In this document: positions 7,777-12,090 of the stretch, piece by piece | Position numbering within the stretch: position 1 is the stretch's first letter | Layout of the letters: every line of letters begins with the position of its first letter | Source of the DNA: a bacterium | GTDB lineage: Bacteria; RBG-13-61-14; DATKZS01 | Direction of reading: 5' to 3' | NCBI GenBank assembly: GCA_046484135.1 | Contig: JAWOBU010000223.1 | Location: 1-12,090, forward strand | Length of the DNA: 12,090 nucleotides | Made by a program: the position numbers and the translations under genes | The notes under the pieces: generated by a model | Seen by the model: only the letters and a program-made list of their open reading frames with translations | Told to the model about the DNA's origin: nothing | The model's database searches: none

Positions 7777-8760
7777 TCAGGCCATCTTCATGGCCTGCCG
7801 GACCATGTCCATGGTCTTTTCCGCGAAATCCCTTGCCTTTTTATTTCCCGCCTCCAGCACCGCGGTGATCTTGTCCGGGTGCTTCTGGTAATAGGACCTT
7901 TTCTCCCGCACCGGCGAAAGCGAGTCCACGATCCGCGGCGTGAGCGCGTTCTTGCACTCGATACAACCGATGCCCGCGCTACGGCATCCGTCCGCGGCCC
8001 ACATCAGGGTCTCGTGCTCCGAGTAAAGCCGGTGCAGGTCATAGACCGGGCAGACCTCGGGGTCTCCCGCGTCGGTCCGGCGCTGTCGGGCCGGGTCGGT
8101 CATCATGGTTTTAATCTTCCTTGCGATCGAGTCCGGGTCCTCGGCCAGGTAGATGGCGTTTCCGTAAGACTTGCTCATCTTGCGTCCGTCCGTGCCCGGT
8201 ACGCGGGAGGCCTCGGTGAGAAGCGCTTCCGGCTCTGGAAAGACCTCGTTATAGAGTCCGTTGAAGCGCCGGGCGAACTCGCGGGCAAGCTCGACGTGGG
8301 CGAGCTGGTCCTCCCCCACCGGCACTGCGTGAGACCGGTACATGAGGATGTCCGCGGACATGAGCACCGGGTATCCCAGGAACCCGTAGGTGGACAGGTC
8401 CCGCCCGGTCTCCTCCTGGAACTGCTTGTAGGAGGGGACTCGTTCGAGCCGGGCCACCGAAGCCATCATCCCGAGCAAAAGATAAAGCTCGGCGTGCTCT
8501 TTTACCGACGACTGGATGAAAAGAACGCTCTCGTCCGGGTCAAGACCCACCGCCAGCCAGTCCATCACCATCTCGGCGATGGAGGGCCGGATTATCTCCG
8601 GCCGCTCGAACTCGGTGGTCAAAGCGTGCCAGTCCGCTACAAAGTAAAAACACTGGTAGTCCTTCTGAAGCTCGACCCAGTTTAAAAGCGTGCCCCAGTA
8701 ATGGCCCAGGTGAAGCGCGCCCGTGGGACGGGCCCCGCTGAGAACTCTGTTCTTGTCCAA
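7777..8760 (-). CDS. trpS: Tryptophan--tRNA ligase
   Basis: SGARPTGALHLGH (HIGH motif), ADWHALT, YPVLMSADIL, VPVGEDQ, KMSKS; TTG start with AGAGG upstream. Confidence 0.97.
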   Translation of the reverse strand: MDKNRVLSGARPTGALHLGHYWGTLLNWVELQKDYQCFYFVADWHALTTEFERPEIIRPSIAEMVMDWLAVGLDPDESVLFIQSSVKEHAELYLLLGMMASVARLERVPSYKQFQEETGRDLSTYGFLGYPVLMSADILMYRSHAVPVGEDQLAHVELAREFARRFNGLYNEVFPEPEALLTEASRVPGTDGRKMSKSYGNAIYLAEDPDSIARKIKTMMTDPARQRRTDAGDPEVCPVYDLHRLYSEHETLMWAADGCRSAGIGCIECKNALTPRIVDSLSPVREKRSYYQKHPDKITAVLEAGNKKARDFAEKTMDMVRQAMKMA

Positions 8761-8824
8761 TTTATGCGCTACCTCTCTTTCCGATCATTTCTTATCAGGA
8801 CGAGTGTCTTGTCTGTTTAAACTC

Positions 8825-8845
8825 TGCGAGCGACTTTAGTCGCGA
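8825..8845 (+). repeat. Dispersed REP-like palindrome, copy 2
   Basis: TGCGAGCGACTTTAGTCGCGA; stem GCGACT/AGTCGC with TT loop; intergenic between the site-2 protease gene and trpS. Confidence 0.8.
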
Positions 8846-8882
8846 CTGAACTCGCTATAACGAAAAATCATTTGACAGAGGA

Positions 8883-9569
8883 CTAGATCTGGAACTGGTC
8901 CAGGTTACGAATCAGAAACCCCAAGGCCTGGTTCCCCAGCACCGCCTCCATGACCAAGTACATGGGAAGAATGATTATATAGGCGAATATCCTCCATCCC
9001 AAAAACACGGAAGCGAAGATCAAACCAATAAAGATGTAAGGCCCGTACTGGAGATAAGGCTCGAGCTTCCGGCCGAGTTCCGGGGGAAGCAGGGCCTCTA
9101 GAATATGGCCGCCGTCCAGGGGCGGTATAGGAATGAGGTTGAAAAAACAAAGCCCGATGTTGAGCTGGGCGCCTATGAAAACAAGTCCCAGCACCATCTT
9201 CATGGTCTTGCCGGTCGGATCGGCTCCCCCTAATAACATTCGGGCGACCAGCAAAAGGAGTACGCCCAGGACCAGGTTCGAGCCCGGTCCGGCCAGGCTC
9301 ACCAAGAGGTTGTCCCGCCTGGGATTCCCCATACGCGAGGGGTTCACCGGAACCGGCTTGGCCCACCCGAAATGAATGATAAAAAAAGCGATCAGCCCCA
9401 GCGGGTCTATATGTACAAGAGGATTAAGGCTTACCCGGCCCTCCAGCGCCGCGGTGTCGTCCCCCAGAACATACGCCGAGCCCGCGTGAGAGAACTCGTG
9501 AATGGATAAAGCAAAAAGCATGTTGGGTATGAAAAGAAGATAAAAAAGTATATCGAGGTTATCTAACAT
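8883..9569 (-). CDS. Site-2 protease family (M50) membrane metalloprotease
   Basis: HEFSH (HExxH), GDDTA...GR.SLNPL.HIDP, FGWAKPVPVN, VSLAGP.SN, NLIPIPPLDGG, several hydrophobic segments. Start moved from 9617 to ATG 9569 (GGAG 5 nt upstream; promoter at 9589-9617). Confidence 0.93.
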   Translation of the reverse strand: MLDNLDILFYLLFIPNMLFALSIHEFSHAGSAYVLGDDTAALEGRVSLNPLVHIDPLGLIAFFIIHFGWAKPVPVNPSRMGNPRRDNLLVSLAGPGSNLVLGVLLLLVARMLLGGADPTGKTMKMVLGLVFIGAQLNIGLCFFNLIPIPPLDGGHILEALLPPELGRKLEPYLQYGPYIFIGLIFASVFLGWRIFAYIIILPMYLVMEAVLGNQALGFLIRNLDQFQI

Positions 9570-9588
9570 AGCCGCTCCAAGTGGAGTG

Positions 9589-9617
9589 AAGATACCAGAA
9601 ACCGGCACCGGTTGCAA
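9589..9617 (-). promoter_or_regulatory. Sigma70-type promoter for the S2P-trpS-scpAB cluster
   Basis: Minus strand: TTGCAA (9617-9612), 17 nt, TATCTT (9594-9589), preceded by TGn (extended -10). Confidence 0.55.
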
Positions 9618-9664
9618 TTTAAGCCATGTTTGCCCGGGCCTTTAACCGCGTCGTGGTGCACCTT

Positions 9665-9693
9665 TTGATCTCTTCTGCGCGAGCTATTATACT
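9665..9693 (+). promoter_or_regulatory. Sigma70-type promoter for the radical SAM gene
   Basis: TTGATC (9665-9670), 17 nt, TATACT (9688-9693); 10 nt before ATG 9704. Confidence 0.55.
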
Positions 9694-9703
9694 TCTTTTT
9701 GCG

Positions 9704-11266
9704 ATGAAGCCGGCGCTTATTATCTGTCCTTTTTTTACCAACGGAGACTGGCCGCCGTTAGGGATCGCCTGCGTAAACGGAGCATTGCGGGAAGCGGGAG
9801 AGGAGCCGGTTTGCTTTGACCTGAACTACCAGGCGCTCCAGGAGTTTCCGGCCGAGCTCAACCTTTACCGGCAACTTGTGAACATGGGCCATGCCGGCGA
9901 ACAGGTGGTGTTCGTTCTCCGCCCGGAGCTGCTTATCAGCTTCTTGTATCGGGAGGACCATCCCGGCCTGAAGTGGGGAGTGGGGCCGGAAGAGCAGCCT
10001 GCCGCAGCCTCCCTGTACCTGGGCCTTAAGTGGGCGGTATCGCGGCAGGCGGACCATATCCTGGCGCACCGGCCGGAGGCGTTTTTGTTCTCGACCTACA
10101 TAAGCAATCTTCTCTGGAGCATGATGCTGGCCCGGGAGCTCAAGGCGCGCTCTCCCGGCACTCCCATTATCTTCGGCGGTCCCGGTGTGGGGCTTCCGGA
10201 GGTTCAAGGTTTCGTGCTCGGCGCCGGTTTTGCGGATGCCCTGGTTGCAGGCGAGGGAGAGCGCACGGTGGTTGATCTGTGCCGGGGGATCGGAGAAGGC
10301 CGTTACCGGGAGACGGCAGGAGTTGCAACCCTTGCCGATGGCGCGGTCAGGTTGAGTCCGCGCACTCCCGGTTTCCTGTCCGAGCTCCCCTCTCCCTCCT
10401 TTACCGGGTTTCCGCTGCCGGGCCTCGAGGTAGCAGATTATGCAGCCAACCGGCCCAATCCCTTCCGCACCCCCTTTTTCACCGGCCTGCCGGTATACAG
10501 CTCGCGGGGATGCGTTAACCGCTGTGCCTACTGTTCCGAAAGCGCTTACTGGAAGAGCTTCCGCTTTCGAGAACCGGAAGCCGTGTTCCGGGACTTGGCC
10601 CGGCTCAGCGAAGAGCACCGCGAGGACCACTTTCTTTTGGGAGACAGCGCCGTTAACTTTAAGCACGACTGGCTCCGGAGCTTTACAGGGCTCTTGTCCG
10701 GCTCGGGTCTTGATCTCAAGATTTGCGCGTACATGTTCGCCGACCCGGCGCTGGACCGGGACATGGCAGAGTCCCTTTTCAAGGCAGGATTTCGATACGT
10801 CACCCTGGGGATCGAGACCTTTTCCGGACGCCTTAGAAACAAGATCAACAAGCGTTATGACGGAGATGATCTTTTCCGGCCAATATGTGCTTTGACGGGT
10901 GCAGGCATCCATGTCAAGGCCAACCTGCTGGTGGGTTTCCCCGGCGAGACCGAAGAGGACCTGGAGGACTCGCTTCGCTATATAAAACGCTGGCGGGAGT
11001 TGAGTGACTCCGAACGCGGGCCGGGAACGCTGTACTGGGACGCAGGCCACCCCTTGCGCCTGGAGGCCTACTCGGACCTTTACAACCGGCCCGCCGAGTA
11101 CGGAATCCGGCTCATACAGGATACCACCCCTTCGCTTCCTGACGAGATGCAACACTTGTACCCTTTTATCCGGCCTTTCTTCCAAAAATGGACAACCCCC
11201 GCCCGCGCCGAACTTATCGCCCGAAGCAACCTGATGCAGGAACTGGCCGGGAGCGAACGAAAGTGA
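9704..11266 (+). CDS. B12-binding domain / radical SAM enzyme (class B methyltransferase-like)
   Basis: N-terminal cobalamin-binding-type motifs WPPLGIA, FSTY, IIFGGP, GEGE; CxxxCxxC as SRGCVNRCAYC (10511-10534); LGIETFS; LLVGFPGETEED. Start at 9704 (MKPALIICP) preferred over 9626 because the upstream extension overlaps the predicted promoter. Confidence 0.9.
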   Translation: MKPALIICPFFTNGDWPPLGIACVNGALREAGEEPVCFDLNYQALQEFPAELNLYRQLVNMGHAGEQVVFVLRPELLISFLYREDHPGLKWGVGPEEQPAAASLYLGLKWAVSRQADHILAHRPEAFLFSTYISNLLWSMMLARELKARSPGTPIIFGGPGVGLPEVQGFVLGAGFADALVAGEGERTVVDLCRGIGEGRYRETAGVATLADGAVRLSPRTPGFLSELPSPSFTGFPLPGLEVADYAANRPNPFRTPFFTGLPVYSSRGCVNRCAYCSESAYWKSFRFREPEAVFRDLARLSEEHREDHFLLGDSAVNFKHDWLRSFTGLLSGSGLDLKICAYMFADPALDRDMAESLFKAGFRYVTLGIETFSGRLRNKINKRYDGDDLFRPICALTGAGIHVKANLLVGFPGETEEDLEDSLRYIKRWRELSDSERGPGTLYWDAGHPLRLEAYSDLYNRPAEYGIRLIQDTTPSLPDEMQHLYPFIRPFFQKWTTPARAELIARSNLMQELAGSERK

Positions 11267-11634
11267 ACGCTTTTTGAAGTCCCGCCTTCCAGCATACCTC
11301 GTTACTGCTTCTCGTTTATTCTCGACCGGCGATTGCGCCACGCCGGGACCGGCAGCGAGGGCAGGTCCGATCATTGCTTGATTCACCGCCCTGTCTTCCA
11401 AAATCGTTGGAACTCCTGAAGAGAATCTGCGGAGGGGGATTTTTCCTCCCGGGGTGAACTTCCCCCAAAATTTTTCGTTTTACTCTCGCGTCTTTTTTGA
11501 AAACGCACAGATGCGTCGGGGCCAAAGTGAAAATGGAAAAACACACAAGCTGCCGGGACGTGCATGAGTTGCGGACTGTGGTGTAGGCCATGACTCCCTT
11601 TCGCAAGCCGGCCCGCACACCCCCATCTGCGCTG

Positions 11635-11655
11635 TGCGAGCGACTTTAGTCGCGA
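11635..11655 (+). repeat. Dispersed REP-like palindrome, copy 3
   Basis: TGCGAGCGACTTTAGTCGCGA, identical to copy 2; like copy 1 it is preceded by G and followed by TCA. Confidence 0.8.
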
Positions 11656-11656
11656 T

Positions 11657-11727
11657 CACACACCCCCCCGCAAGATGGCCCACACACCCCCCCGCAAGAT
11701 GGCCCGCACAACTCCCGGACGATGGCC
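11657..11727 (+). repeat. Tandem 24-bp repeat, left arm
   Basis: CACACACCCCCCCGCAAGATGGCC twice exactly (11657-11680, 11681-11704), then a 23-bp variant CGCACAACTCCCGGACGATGGCC (11705-11727); a further degenerate copy lies at 11602-11624. Confidence 0.9.
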
Positions 11728-11896
11728 CACACAACTTGTTGTGTGGGTGATCGAAGATCATGGGAGAATGCGCTTCGTTTGGTAAAATACACGAAGAAGG
11801 CCGGGTTGTTTGATGAGGGAGGGGTGCGGCAAACATCTTTTACAATGTTCCTGCAGACCCACTTCGTGAGTCTGCCCACACAACAAGTTGTGTGGG
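11726..11896. repeat. Inverted pair of 22-bp palindromes (REPIN-like) around a 127-bp core
   Basis: CCCACACAAC-TT-GTTGTGTGGG (11726-11747) and CCCACACAAC-AA-GTTGTGTGGG (11875-11896) are exact reverse complements; outer flanks GATGG and CTATC (= GATAG on the minus strand). Confidence 0.85.
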
Positions 11897-11982
11897 CTAT
11901 CCGGATGGCTGAGTTGTGTGTGCTATCCGGATGGCCGAGTCGTGGGCAGTCAATGGCCGAGGATGGGCTATCATGGTGGCTG
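11886..11982 (+). repeat. Tandem 26-bp repeat, right arm, degenerating outward
   Basis: AGTTGTGTGGGCTATCCGGATGGCTG (11886-11911), AGTTGTGTGTGCTATCCGGATGGCCG (11912-11937, 2 mismatches), then shorter degenerate units at 11938-11959 and 11960-11982. Confidence 0.85.
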
Positions 11983-12090
11983 AGTGGTTCAATCCATTTG
12001 ACAAAGAGTTGTATGTTCCCCGATTGGAAACAAAGACAAATGTCCCGATTGCCGGCGACGCTTATGGAGGGACTGACCGGTCATAAAAAA

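Noticed and set aside
9758..11401. 547-aa antisense ORF over the radical SAM gene
   Set aside because: Shadow frame of a GC-rich gene, with no recognisable motifs, opposite a well-supported CDS.
11646..11879. 77-aa minus-strand ORF ending ELCGPSCGGVCGPSCGGVCDRD, resembling a Cys/Gly-rich RiPP precursor near the radical SAM gene
   Set aside because: The peptide repeat is the translation of the nucleotide-identical 24-bp tandem repeat; the GTG start lies inside a palindrome, the stop inside REP copy 3, and no SD or leader-like sequence is evident. Ribosome profiling or synonymously diverged homologues would reopen it.
11602..11982. CRISPR array interpretation of the terminal repeats
   Set aside because: Fillers are only about 10-13 nt and partly identical, the two arms are inverted, and there are no cas genes in the window.
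11824..12090. Plus-strand frame open to the window end, with possible starts at 11824, 12040 and 12064, and TTGACA at 11998-12003
   Set aside because: Most of the frame runs through repeats, there is no good -10 at 17-nt spacing, and the truncated peptide is unrecognisable. A real gene may start near 12040-12064, but downstream sequence is needed.

Overview
GC-rich bacterial chromosomal window, most likely from an anaerobic deltaproteobacterium-like lineage (inference from gene order and an Fe-S-type TrpRS). It holds eight credible genes: an XRE/S24 (LexA/CI-like) repressor (+), a TPR + cyclic-nucleotide-binding-domain protein (+), a minus-strand run of site-2 protease, trpS, scpA, scpB and a six-PAS cytoplasmic histidine kinase, and a divergent B12-binding radical SAM enzyme (+). 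The most unusual content is intergenic. Two adjacent ~130-140 bp MITE-like elements with related terminal inverted repeats and target-site duplications lie at 1059-1189 and 1250-1388. The first carries an inverted REP doublet with compensatory stem changes; the second appears to supply the first base of the -35 box of the next gene's promoter. A 21-bp REP-like palindrome occurs in three separate spacers. A ~380-bp mirror-symmetric structure at 11602-11982 consists of two inverted 22-bp palindromes flanked by outward-decaying tandem half-copies. No transposase is encoded in the window. All calls come from reading the sequence; no database searches were run.
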